The notes beneath the pieces were generated by a model. The model made no database searches. It saw only the letters and a program-made list of their open reading frames with translations, and was not told the origin of the DNA. Both the position numbers and the translations under genes were made by a program. A stretch of 64,000 nucleotides of DNA, from assembly GCF_042954325.1 (NCBI RefSeq), contig NZ_JBGKDS010000025.1, positions 1,255 to 65,254 on the forward strand, written 5' to 3'. Below, piece after piece: positions 41,281 to 50,398 of this stretch (the first letter of the stretch is position 1; every line of letters begins with the position of its first letter). This DNA is from Parasynechococcus sp. Lineage in GTDB: Bacteria > Cyanobacteriota > Cyanobacteriia > PCC-6307 > Cyanobiaceae.

Positions 41281-41692
41281 GATCCACACCCTCAATCGAA
41301 TCCTGATACTCAAGTGTGGCGCTGCCCTGTAGCACCATCACCCACTCGTGGGTTTCCTGATCGAACCAATCCTCCTCAGGGGTGCAATAGGCGTTGGAAC
41401 GAATGAGGTCCAAAGACCAATTGGATCCCCCATGGAGTCGCAGCGACGTCTCCTGACCCGGCTCAGCACGTAGGGCCTCAAACACGTTGCCGTCTCGAGG
41501 CCCAGCGCGGTCGGGCTCCCCCCATCGTCGCCCAATCTCGAATCCCCAAGATCGGGCGAGACGCACCACTTGATTGTGGTTCGAGCACTCTGCGAGAGAC
41601 TCCCGTCGTCCCGGCTGTGCCTCCAGGCTGCGCACCAGTTGCTGGAGCTGATCGACCTTGTCGAGAAAGCGGAGGAGATCCGATTCAGACAT
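41174..41692 (-). CDS. Nif11 domain / cupin domain protein
   Basis: MSESDLLRFL...VVRLARSWGF Nif11 half, then DQETHEWVMVLQGSA.L...HRVVRTD cupin. Confidence 0.88.
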   Translation of the reverse strand: MSESDLLRFLDKVDQLQQLVRSLEAQPGRRESLAECSNHNQVVRLARSWGFEIGRRWGEPDRAGPRDGNVFEALRAEPGQETSLRLHGGSNWSLDLIRSNAYCTPEEDWFDQETHEWVMVLQGSATLEYQDSIEGVDLSVGDHLHLQPHRLHRVVRTDPDPGTLWLALHWLV

Positions 41693-41800
41693 CGGCGGAC
41701 CGACAACCAACTGCTGTGATCCTGGCCTTCGGTGGGCGCCGCGTCACCCCAGACGGCGGTGGCAGCTCCTGCAGAATGCCATCAGACCAGGGATCGGGCG

Positions 41801-42163
41801 ATGGAACGGATGTACAAGCGGATCCATGCCATGGTGATCGTCCTGCTGCTTGGATTTGCTTTGCTTTCACCCGCTGGGGTGGACGCAGCAACCCTTCAGG
41901 CCTCAGCTGAAGGCGCTGCGATTTTCGAGCGCCATTGCGTTGGCTGCCATGTCAATGGAGGCAACATCGTTCGCCGCGGCAAAACACTCAAACTGGCGGC
42001 ACTCGAACGCAATGATGTGGCCTCTCCTGAGGCGATCGCCGCCATTGCACGCGATGGCGTCGGTCGAATGAGCGGCTATGGCGACGTTCTCAATGATGGC
42101 GACGATCAGCGGGTCGCCGACTGGATCTGGCAACAAGCTCAGAACGCCTGGATCCAGGGATAA
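41801..42163 (+). CDS. Cytochrome c6-like protein (c6B/c6C type)
   Basis: HCVGCH, GGN, AIAAIARDGVGRMSGY. Ile at the position of the c6 Gln. Confidence 0.85.
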   Translation: MERMYKRIHAMVIVLLLGFALLSPAGVDAATLQASAEGAAIFERHCVGCHVNGGNIVRRGKTLKLAALERNDVASPEAIAAIARDGVGRMSGYGDVLNDGDDQRVADWIWQQAQNAWIQG

Positions 42164-42408
42164 ACCTCAATCTGAGTCCAGATTTTCTGCGTCCAATAGA
42201 TATCGGCTTCCACCAGAGCCTGAACATCCTCACGGCTGTCGGCCTCAAAGATACCGAACACATGAGTACTGCCTTCGGTCGGCCCGAGGGTAATTAATCG
42301 TCCCGACTGTTTGAGCTCACTCAGACGACTGAGATGCTCATCACGGAACGGAGTGCGCTTTTCGAGCGCATCGTTGCAATACGTGCCCCAGAGGACAAAA
42401 CGAGCCAT
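42139..42408 (-). CDS. YciI family protein
   Basis: KRTPFRDEHL..L, TLGPT, ADIYW. Confidence 0.9.
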   Translation of the reverse strand: MARFVLWGTYCNDALEKRTPFRDEHLSRLSELKQSGRLITLGPTEGSTHVFGIFEADSREDVQALVEADIYWTQKIWTQIEVYPWIQAF

Positions 42409-42487
42409 TGATCGGCACTTGGCTGAGCGTCAGCGTACAAGTTGAAGGAGAAACTGCCGATGCGATCCCAGTCAATCAACCAGGATC

Positions 42488-42520
42488 AAAAGCAGGTCGA
42501 GCAAGCATCTCTGACCCTGC
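42488..42520 (-). terminator. Possible terminator after trpA
   Basis: Bulged GCAG-GGTC...GAC-CTGC stem followed by UUUU on the minus strand. Confidence 0.45.
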
Positions 42521-42528
42521 ACAACGAT

Positions 42529-43356
42529 TCAGTTGGCAGCCGCTCTGAGCTCACGACAGAACTGCTCCGCATCCTGCGCTTCCGAACCAGGCGATGCCGC
42601 AGCAATGCGCTTCACCAACGCACTGCCAACGATCGCACCATCAGCCCCCCAACCGCGGACCTGACGCACTTGATCGGCACCGGAGATCCCGAAGCCAACG
42701 GCAACGGGCACCGGCGACACCTGCTTCAAGCGTTTCACGAGTCCCTCCACACGGCTTTCCATGGCCACGCGCTCCCCGGTGACACCGGTCACACTCACCA
42801 GGTAAGTGAAACCACTGCTGCGTTCCGCAATGCGCACCATCCGATCCGACGGAGTCGTCGGTGCCACCAGCAGAACTAAATCAAGACCGTGCGCCGCCGC
42901 GATCGGTGCCAACCGTTCGGCTTCTTCCAAGGGCAGATCAGGAACCACCAGGCCAGCGGCACCCGCCTCAGCCGCCTGCTGACAGAACATCTCCATGCCA
43001 ACGTTAAGCAATGGATTGCTGTAGGTGAACAGAATCACCGGAATGGTGAGCTGGTCTTTCAACGACCCCAGCATCGACAAAACGGAGCCCGGGGTTGTCC
43101 CCGAAGCCAATGCTCTGGAGGCTGCCGCTTGAATCACCGGACCGTCGGCCAGGGGATCGCTATAGGGCATTCCCAGCTCAACCATGTCAGCCCCGGCCCG
43201 TTGAAGCCCCAACAGGATCTGAGCTGTCTTGTCCAGATCGGGATCACCTGCCATCAGAAAAGGCATCAGAGCGAGTTTTCCCTCTCGGCTGAGCTGCTCA
43301 AAGCGCTGGCCGATCACTGAGTTGCGCCCTGCTGTCGTGGTCATGGTGTCTGCCAT
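42529..43356 (-). CDS. trpA: Tryptophan synthase alpha chain
   Basis: [46 protein letters not shown]. Confidence 0.98.
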   Translation of the reverse strand: MADTMTTTAGRNSVIGQRFEQLSREGKLALMPFLMAGDPDLDKTAQILLGLQRAGADMVELGMPYSDPLADGPVIQAAASRALASGTTPGSVLSMLGSLKDQLTIPVILFTYSNPLLNVGMEMFCQQAAEAGAAGLVVPDLPLEEAERLAPIAAAHGLDLVLLVAPTTPSDRMVRIAERSSGFTYLVSVTGVTGERVAMESRVEGLVKRLKQVSPVPVAVGFGISGADQVRQVRGWGADGAIVGSALVKRIAAASPGSEAQDAEQFCRELRAAAN

Positions 43357-43400
43357 TGGATCCGATGGGAGGCCTGCAACTGCCGTCAAACGCCTAGAGA

Positions 43401-43742
43401 CTATGAGTCAGCGGTCGACTGATCAGGCTTGATGCCGATCTTTTTCAGCAGTGCCTGCTGCTCTTCTTCGGGAAGAGAATCGAAACGAGCTTCCAGATCC
43501 TCGACCGCTTTGACGTCATAAACACCCCGGTAACGGCGGCGTTGCTCCATGTAGGTCATCCGACCGGTCACCACTCGGAACAGATACGACCCCGTCCAGA
43601 TCATCACGATCAGGACCAGAACAGCTTGGGCGGCAATGCCTGCTGAGAACCCCTCAAAGCCAGCCGCATCAAAGGCCACATAGCCGACGCCACCCAGGAC
43701 GAGCACGGCAAGCCCGACCAGCAAAACCTTCGCTCGAGTCAA
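43401..43742 (-). CDS. DUF3007 family protein
   Basis: MTRAKVL...[22 protein letters not shown]. Confidence 0.9.
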   Translation of the reverse strand: MTRAKVLLVGLAVLVLGGVGYVAFDAAGFEGFSAGIAAQAVLVLIVMIWTGSYLFRVVTGRMTYMEQRRRYRGVYDVKAVEDLEARFDSLPEEEQQALLKKIGIKPDQSTADS

Positions 43743-43743
43743 G

Positions 43744-44007
43744 TCAGACCTCTCCCTGCCCGCTCAGGCGGAAATTCAGGAAGGGAGCGAACACGATCAT
43801 CCCCGGGAAGAACAGAAACACCATGCCGTAGATGACCAGCCGCTCCAGCTTGCCCATGTGGTGCCAGCGCTTGTTCATCCAGGCGAAGAGCGCCAAGGGA
43901 ACGACAACGAGATACAGACCACCCAGTGCGCCGTAGGCCAGCAGAACCAGCAACGTCTCCTGAGATATCAAATTGAGCAGAGACTGGGGATCCACGGTCG
44001 TCGGCAA
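43744..44007 (-). CDS. ndhL: NAD(P)H-quinone oxidoreductase subunit L
   Basis: YLVVVP...[28 protein letters not shown]. Confidence 0.93.
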   Translation of the reverse strand: MPTTVDPQSLLNLISQETLLVLLAYGALGGLYLVVVPLALFAWMNKRWHHMGKLERLVIYGMVFLFFPGMIVFAPFLNFRLSGQGEV

Positions 44008-44020
44008 GTTGATGGAAATC

Positions 44021-44026
44021 TAGAAT
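44021..44026 (+). promoter_or_regulatory. -10 element of the tRNA promoter
   Basis: TAGAAT 8 nt upstream of the tRNA 5' end. Confidence 0.55.
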
Positions 44027-44034
44027 GAAGTCGC

Positions 44035-44120
44035 GGGGGCATGGCGGAATCGGTAGACGCACCGGATTTAAAATCCGTTGGCACGCAAGTGCTGTGGGGG
44101 TTCAAGTCCCCCTGCCCCCA
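44035..44120 (+). tRNA. trnL: tRNA-Leu(UAA), intronless, CCA not encoded
   Basis: GGGGGCA/TGCCCCC acceptor, TGGCGGAATCGGTAGACGC D-arm, TTTAAAA anticodon loop, long variable arm, GGTTCAAGTCC T-arm. Confidence 0.95.
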
Positions 44121-44127
44121 TCCGAGC

Positions 44128-44430
44128 TCACTCCGACAGCAGGGCCGAGAGTCGTTTGCGGAAATCTCCCTTGGGCATTCCGCCCTTCAGTTCGCCATGG
44201 ATGGCGAACTCACCCTCGGGATCGGTCACCAGCAGATAGGTGGGCCAGCCCATGCCCTCCTTGTTCGGATACTGCTTCAGCAGGATCTTGCGGTATTTGC
44301 GGTAAGCCTCCGTGTCCTGAAGCATCACAGACACAAACTCACAGCCGAGCTCCTGGGCCACAGCACTGTCGTAATGGGACATGCGGTGGCAGGTGCCGCA
44401 ATCCTCCGAACTGAACTTGATCACATGCAT
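44128..44430 (-). CDS. Thioredoxin-fold protein
   Basis: FSSEDCGTC CxxC motif and GWPTY cis-Pro loop. Confidence 0.85.
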   Translation of the reverse strand: MHVIKFSSEDCGTCHRMSHYDSAVAQELGCEFVSVMLQDTEAYRKYRKILLKQYPNKEGMGWPTYLLVTDPEGEFAIHGELKGGMPKGDFRKRLSALLSE

Positions 44431-44475
44431 GGCTGACCTGATCCCAGTGCTTCGACGCTAGCGACAGCAGTCCGC

Positions 44476-45507
44476 TCAGAGATCCCGAACGACTCGCCAG
44501 GGAAGGTGTTCGCCAGCATGGAAAGGCACAAGGCCGTCGATGCGATCGGGCACCTCAACGGGCACACGTTCGAGGGTGATCTCATGGCTGTTCACAGGCA
44601 GGCCATAGAACGCGGGGCCATGGCGAGAGGCAAACCCCTCGAGCTGATCCAGCGCTCCTTCGTCATCGAACACCTGTGCATAACTCTCGATGGCATAGGG
44701 CGCGTTGAAGATGCCAGCGCAGCCGCAGGAGGTCTCCTTGCCCTCGCGGGGGTGGGGAGCGGAATCCGTGCCGAGGAAAAAGCGTGCGTCACCACTGGTG
44801 GCAGCCCGGCGCAAGGCCAGACGATGCCGTTCCCGTTTAATCACAGGGAGGCAGTAGAAGTCGCTGCGCAATCCACCGAGGAACATCGCGTTGCGATTGA
44901 TCTGCAAGTGGTGCGGTGTGATTGTGGCCGCGAGATTGCGATCTGCGGAACCGACGAAGTCAACCGCCTGTTCTGTAGTGATGTGTTCGAGAACGATGCG
45001 CAGCTCGGGATGACGTTCTCTCAAGGGTCTGAGATGACGCTCAATGAAGACCGCTTCACGATCGAAAACATCCACATCGGCATCGGTCACCTCCCCATGG
45101 ATCAGCAGGGGCATGCCGATGCGCGCCATGCAGGTGAAGACCGCATCGATCCCATCCAGGCTGGTCACGCCAGCCGCTGAGTTGGTCGTCGCATTGGCCG
45201 GATAGAGCTTGGCCGCGGTGAAGACCCCGTCAGCAAAGCCCTGCTCCAGTTCCTCAGGCGCAATGTGATCGGTGAGATAAGCCGTCATCAGCGGCTCAAA
45301 CGTCAAACCGTCCGGACAGGCCGCCTGGATGCGCTTGCGGTAGGCCATCGCTGCATCCACCGAAGTGATCGGCGGACGCAGATTGGGCATCACAATCGCC
45401 CTGGCAAACGACCGGGCCGTATGGGGGATCACCCGGGCCAACATCGTGTCGTCCCGGAGATGAACGTGCCAATCGTCCGGAGCGATCAGCGTGAGGCGAT
45501 CAGGCAT
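44476..45507 (-). CDS. pyrC: Dihydroorotase
   Basis: DDWHVHLRD, VMPNL, KLYPANATTNS, LEHITT, FLGTDSAPH. Confidence 0.97.
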   Translation of the reverse strand: MPDRLTLIAPDDWHVHLRDDTMLARVIPHTARSFARAIVMPNLRPPITSVDAAMAYRKRIQAACPDGLTFEPLMTAYLTDHIAPEELEQGFADGVFTAAKLYPANATTNSAAGVTSLDGIDAVFTCMARIGMPLLIHGEVTDADVDVFDREAVFIERHLRPLRERHPELRIVLEHITTEQAVDFVGSADRNLAATITPHHLQINRNAMFLGGLRSDFYCLPVIKRERHRLALRRAATSGDARFFLGTDSAPHPREGKETSCGCAGIFNAPYAIESYAQVFDDEGALDQLEGFASRHGPAFYGLPVNSHEITLERVPVEVPDRIDGLVPFHAGEHLPWRVVRDL

Positions 45508-47164
45508 TGGCAGGAGTCAGAGCGACGGCACGTTGCAGTGCCTCAAAACGATCGCTGGTGATGTGTTGCTCAGGCAGCCGCTCGAGCAGCTTCATCTTGC
45601 GCAGGCGACTTTCGGTGCTGCCGGACGCTCCCACCATGAAAACATCGCGACCCACCTCCAGTGCTTCCTTGACGGCATTTTCCAACGCAATCGCAGCGGT
45701 GACACCCAGGTGGGACACCTCTGATAAGTCGAACACCACGGTCTGACAGTTGCCGATCGCGTTGTGTTCACGGGCGATGGCCTTGGCAACCCCGAAGATC
45801 ATCGGACCGGCCAACTGGAACAGCAACACCCGGCCACCGGCCTGATCAAGCAACTCCTGCTCAGCAGAAGAAAGCTCAACGTCGTCATCGGTGGTGCTGA
45901 TGGTTTTGACGCCGCGCGACTGCAGGGCACTCATCCGATCAATGGTGAGCACATTGGCCACAAACACACCAATGCCGACCGCCGCGATCAGATCGACCAA
46001 CACCGTCAGCAGAATCACGCCATAGGTGATCACTGCAGCCTTCATCGACAGGTGATGGGCGCGTTTCAGGAACTCCCAGTCGATGATGTCGAGGCCAACC
46101 TTGATGGCAATGCCGGCAAGCACAGCCAGGGGGATGCTCGAAGCCAAGGGAGCCGCGAGCAGCACCACCAACATCAAGACAACAGCACGGATGACACCGG
46201 ACAGCGCGCTGCGACCACCGGATTGGATGTTCACAACGGTGCCCATGGTGGCTCCTGCTCCGGGGAGACCACCGAACAAGCCCGACATCATGTTGGCCAG
46301 GCCCTGACCGATCAATTCTTTGTTGGAGTCGTGTTCAGTGCGGGTGAGGCTGTCCGCAACAACGGAGGTGAGCAAGGCATCGATGCAACCGAGCATGCCG
46401 AGAACGGCAGCATCCACAATCACTAAGCGCAGCTGACCGCCGGACAGCAGGACACCGAAGCCGTCGAGATTTGGAGTGGGGAACTGGGCAGCGAATTCGG
46501 GAATGGTGCGCAGCTCAGCCGAGGAGAACACCGTGAGCGACAAAATCGTTCCGGCCACCAGGGCAAGCAGCTGAGGCGGACAGACTTTTTTCAATGCCGA
46601 TGGCGTGCACCACAGGATGGCCAGGGTGATCAGCGCCAGAAGCAGCTCGAGAGGCCGTGTGCCCTGAACCAAGGCAGGCAGTTGCGTGATCGTGGCAATG
46701 ACCCCACCCTTTGGCGTGGCCTGGCCCAGAAACGGCCCCAGCTGAAGCAGAACCAGAATGATGCCGATGCCGGACATGAAGCCCGAGATCACCGTGTAGG
46801 GCATCATCGTCACGTAGCGACCCAGCCTGAACAGACCGAACAGGATCTGGAAAACGCCGGCCAGAATTCCAACGGCAAAGGCCATTGCCAAAGCCGTTTC
46901 CGGATCCGGAGCTGTGGCGGTCAGGCTGATGATCACGGAGGTGAACACCACGGTCATGGGACCGGTGGGTTCAGAGATCAACGTCGGCGTGCCACCGAAC
47001 AAAGACGCGACCAAACCGATGATCACGGCCCCCCAGAGACCGGCAGCAGCGCCGGCACCTGAGGCAATACCAAAGGCCAGAGCCATTGGCAGGGCAATCA
47101 CCGCGGCGGTCAATCCCCCGAAGGCATCGCCCCGAAGGTTGTTGGCACTGATGCGATTCAGCAA
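45500..47164 (-). CDS. bicA: SulP/SLC26 anion transporter, BicA-like bicarbonate transporter
   Basis: RGDAFGGLTAAVIALPMALAFG, SEPTGPM, ELIGQG.ANM, C-terminal STAS domain. Substrate is inferred. Confidence 0.8.
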   Translation of the reverse strand: MLNRISANNLRGDAFGGLTAAVIALPMALAFGIASGAGAAAGLWGAVIIGLVASLFGGTPTLISEPTGPMTVVFTSVIISLTATAPDPETALAMAFAVGILAGVFQILFGLFRLGRYVTMMPYTVISGFMSGIGIILVLLQLGPFLGQATPKGGVIATITQLPALVQGTRPLELLLALITLAILWCTPSALKKVCPPQLLALVAGTILSLTVFSSAELRTIPEFAAQFPTPNLDGFGVLLSGGQLRLVIVDAAVLGMLGCIDALLTSVVADSLTRTEHDSNKELIGQGLANMMSGLFGGLPGAGATMGTVVNIQSGGRSALSGVIRAVVLMLVVLLAAPLASSIPLAVLAGIAIKVGLDIIDWEFLKRAHHLSMKAAVITYGVILLTVLVDLIAAVGIGVFVANVLTIDRMSALQSRGVKTISTTDDDVELSSAEQELLDQAGGRVLLFQLAGPMIFGVAKAIAREHNAIGNCQTVVFDLSEVSHLGVTAAIALENAVKEALEVGRDVFMVGASGSTESRLRKMKLLERLPEQHITSDRFEALQRAVALTPANA

Positions 47165-47242
47165 GGGGAGTTTTTCGCTTGCGACGTTGAACCTTAGGTC
47201 GATTCACGACCAAGCAGAATCCCTTCAATCCCATGGGCCGTT

Positions 47243-48352
47243 ATGCCTGACTTTCTGAGGGCCTCGATCGAGGTTCTGCTGGGCATCGCGCTGCTGTTTG
47301 GAGGTGGGGAGGTCTTTGTGCAGGGGTCCGTCGCCCTGGCGGTGATCTTTGGCATTCCTCAGCTGGTGATTGGACTCACCGTCGTCTCGCTGGGAACAAG
47401 TGCTCCTGAGCTGTTCGTCAGCCTGAGCTCCATCCTTCAAGGGGCAGATGCACTGGCGGTCAGCAATGCCATTGGCAGCAACATCTTCAACGTGCTGGTG
47501 GTGCTCGGCTGCAGCGCCTTGATCCTTCCCCTACGGGTGGAAAGTCGCCTGGTCAGACGGGATGTCCCCCTGATGATTGCGATTTCAGCAGCGGTCTGGG
47601 GCATGGCCTCCGCGGGACGGCTGACCTGGCAAGCCGGCATCGCCTTGCTGCTGGCACTGGTGATCAACACCATCTGGGAGATCAGGACAGCCCGTGAAGA
47701 GCCGATCGACAGTGAACGTGCTGAACCGGATGTGGATGACACCGCCGGGGAAGGTGGCTGGCTTCTGGCGGTGTTCAAATTGCTGGGTGGGATCGCTGTG
47801 CTGACCTTGGGGTCGCGCGTGCTGGTTAGCGGCGCGACAACGGCGGCAGCCTTCCTGGGCGTCAGTCAAGCGGTGATTGGGCTCACCATCGTTGCGGCGG
47901 GGACATCCATGCCGGAACTGATCACCTCTCTTGTGGCCGCACTGCGCGGCAAAACCGATCTGGCAATCGGCAATGTGGTCGGCAGCTGTCTGCTGAACCT
48001 GATGATGGTTCTTGGTGGTGGCGCGATCGCTGCGGCAGGACGCGGACTTGATGTCAGCCCGGAACTGATTTCAGAGGATCTGCCGGTCATGCTGCTCACC
48101 AGCCTCGCCTGTCTCCCGATTTTCTGGACGAAAGGACGCATCTCCCGACTGGAGGGAGGCTTGCTGCTCGGCCTTTACATCCTTTACATCACGGACAATG
48201 TTTTACCGCGGACAACATTGTCATCTTGGGCCGACGAATTCAGGCTTGTCATGCTCTGCCTGGTGCTGCCCATCGTGATGATTTTGATCATCACCCAGGC
48301 CGTGATGTACTGGCGTTCAACCAAGCGGAATGATTCCGCCATGGAAACCTGA
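47243..48352 (+). CDS. Calcium/sodium antiporter (CaCA, YrbG-like)
   Basis: Two alpha repeats GTSAPE and GTSMPE, with NAIGSN and NVVGS. Confidence 0.92.
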   Translation: MPDFLRASIEVLLGIALLFGGGEVFVQGSVALAVIFGIPQLVIGLTVVSLGTSAPELFVSLSSILQGADALAVSNAIGSNIFNVLVVLGCSALILPLRVESRLVRRDVPLMIAISAAVWGMASAGRLTWQAGIALLLALVINTIWEIRTAREEPIDSERAEPDVDDTAGEGGWLLAVFKLLGGIAVLTLGSRVLVSGATTAAAFLGVSQAVIGLTIVAAGTSMPELITSLVAALRGKTDLAIGNVVGSCLLNLMMVLGGGAIAAAGRGLDVSPELISEDLPVMLLTSLACLPIFWTKGRISRLEGGLLLGLYILYITDNVLPRTTLSSWADEFRLVMLCLVLPIVMILIITQAVMYWRSTKRNDSAMET

Positions 48353-48367
48353 CGATTGGCTTAACGG

Positions 48368-48517
48368 TCAGACAGCCCGATGCAGAGGGGGATGACAGCG
48401 AGCGTTGCGCTCAATGACCTGCCGAAGTCGTTGGCAATCCAGGCACAAGCATGGGGAATCATCGTGAATGCTGGTGTGCAGCTTCAATCGCGTCGCTTGT
48501 TGTTGTATGGCAGCCAT
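48368..48517 (-). CDS. 49-aa Cys/His microprotein (tentative)
   Basis: Read by hand: MAAIQQQATRLKLHTSIHDDSPCLCLDCQRLRQVIERNARCHPPLHRAV*. Confidence 0.45.
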   Translation of the reverse strand: MAAIQQQATRLKLHTSIHDDSPCLCLDCQRLRQVIERNARCHPPLHRAV

Positions 48518-48602
48518 GCTGAATGCATCTCACTGAGCCCGTTATCACGCGCGGACGATGATCACGCCGCCCTACGCCCTCGCTTAGTGATTGTTTGACA
48601 CA

Positions 48603-49997
48603 TCAAGTCATGGTGACGAATTCTTCGGCCACGGTGGGATGCAACGCCATCGTGCGATCGAACTCAGCTTTTGTTGCGCCCATCGTCACGGCAACAGCAG
48701 CCATCTGAATGATTTCCGCCGCATGGGCACCCACCATGTGGCACCCAAGCACCCGCTCGCTCTCCCGCTCCAGCACCAGTTTGAGCAGGCAGCGCGGGCC
48801 CGTCGCCGGAAGCGCCCGGTCCATCGAGCGGAACTTGGCACGATGAACCGTGATCGCCTCCTTGCCATGGCGTTTGATCGCTTCGTCCTCAGAGAGGCCG
48901 ATGCTGGCAAGTTCCGGGGTACTGAAGACAGCCATCGCCACGAGCTCGTGATCGACCCGACGCTCCAGGCCAGCGAACAGACGATCGGCGAGGGCACGCC
49001 CTTCATCGATGGCCACCGGGGTGAGGTTGACCCGATCGGTGACATCACCAACGGCATAGATCTCAGGGACGGATGTGACCTGGTCGTCATCCACCACAAT
49101 CCGCCCCTGGTCGACGCGAACCCCAGCGGCCTCTAAGCCAAGGTCGTTGAGCCACGGATGGCGCCCTGTGGCCATCAACACCCCGCCGCATTGCACGAGC
49201 TCGCCGCCATCGAGCACAGCGGTGAGCTCGCCGGGAACACCCTGAATCGCCGTGACCTGCTGCTCAAAGCGCACCGTGATCCCCGCCTCGCGCATGCCAT
49301 CCAGCACCGCATCGGCCAGTTCGGCATCAAAGCCGCGCAACAGACGAGGACCGCGGACCACCTGTGTGACGGCGACGCCAAGCCCCTGAAGAATGCATGC
49401 GAATTCACAGGCAATGAAGCCCGCTCCCACCACCACCACGGCCTCGGGGTAGGTCTGCTGGAGAAACATGTCGTCGCTGACCCAGGCCAGCTCGACACCT
49501 GGAATGTCCAGGCGATTGGGCTGTCCGCCAACAGCGATCAAGATCCGTTTGGCCTGGAGCTCCTGGATCAACTCACCCCCACGGGTTTCCGACACCCCCA
49601 CGGCGTGGGGGCCCGTGAGACGTCCCCAGCCACGAACCAGCTGCACACCGGCGCGCTCGAGGAAACCGAGATGGAGGACATTCAGTCGGTCAACCTCCTG
49701 CCGCACCCGCTCCAGCAGAGCGGCGACGTCGGAGCTAATACCGTCGATCCGCAGGCCATAGGCCGCTGCATCACGCAGCTGGTCACGGGCCTGTGCCCCG
49801 TAGACCAACAGCTTTTTGGGCACACAACCCCGGATCACACAGGTGCCTCCCACCCGATCGCCTTCCACCAGGGCCACCGATGCTCCGTGCCGGGCCGCGC
49901 GCTTCGCCGCGGCCAGACCGCCCGAACCCGCTCCAATCACCACCAGATCCAATGTCGGGCTCACGTCAGCCACCAGAGCGATACCAATCTCCGTCAT
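48603..49997 (-). CDS. gor: Glutathione reductase
   Basis: GAGSGG, GGTCVIRGCVPKK, GAGFIACE, HPTVAEE. Confidence 0.95.
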   Translation of the reverse strand: MTEIGIALVADVSPTLDLVVIGAGSGGLAAAKRAARHGASVALVEGDRVGGTCVIRGCVPKKLLVYGAQARDQLRDAAAYGLRIDGISSDVAALLERVRQEVDRLNVLHLGFLERAGVQLVRGWGRLTGPHAVGVSETRGGELIQELQAKRILIAVGGQPNRLDIPGVELAWVSDDMFLQQTYPEAVVVVGAGFIACEFACILQGLGVAVTQVVRGPRLLRGFDAELADAVLDGMREAGITVRFEQQVTAIQGVPGELTAVLDGGELVQCGGVLMATGRHPWLNDLGLEAAGVRVDQGRIVVDDDQVTSVPEIYAVGDVTDRVNLTPVAIDEGRALADRLFAGLERRVDHELVAMAVFSTPELASIGLSEDEAIKRHGKEAITVHRAKFRSMDRALPATGPRCLLKLVLERESERVLGCHMVGAHAAEIIQMAAVAVTMGATKAEFDRTMALHPTVAEEFVTMT

Positions 49998-50155
49998 TCT
50001 CCCGATCGATCGATGCAGAACGCGATTCGGGAGACTGGTTCAGGGCAATGACGGAAAGCACGGGCTTTTCCAGAACGAGACAGTTATGGTCGCTACAGAA
50101 GTTGTTTGAAGTCCCATAGATCTCCCGCCCACTCTCCCTGACTGGTCTCTGAAGA

Positions 50156-50398
50156 ATGAAAAAACAACAGCCAGCTCGTTCACACCTACCTGAGCCATCT
50201 GATCTACAGCGAGCTCAGCGGAGAGAGATCGTTTTGATGATCACCTCCGAGGACATGACCCATCGGCTCGGTCAGCTGCAACGGGAAGGACGCTTCGCGG
50301 ATCGCCAAGCGCTACTGGACGAACTTGGCGACTGGCAAAACTACGGTGTCGATGATCTGGCCTCAATCCTGCATGCGCCTTACGTCGGCCGCGACTGA
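50156..50398 (+). CDS. Hypothetical protein
   Basis: 80-aa ORF filling the gap. Its 3' end overlaps the GST stop. Confidence 0.6.
   Translation: MKKQQPARSHLPEPSDLQRAQRREIVLMITSEDMTHRLGQLQREGRFADRQALLDELGDWQNYGVDDLASILHAPYVGRD

Noticed and set aside
44121-44127. tRNA-targeted genomic island
   Set aside because: The next gene ends 7 nt after the tRNA, and no duplicated tRNA 3' end was seen in the window.
48380-48598. 72-aa plus-strand ORF between the antiporter and gor
   Set aside because: No recognisable features. The antisense 49-aa Cys/His ORF is the better candidate.
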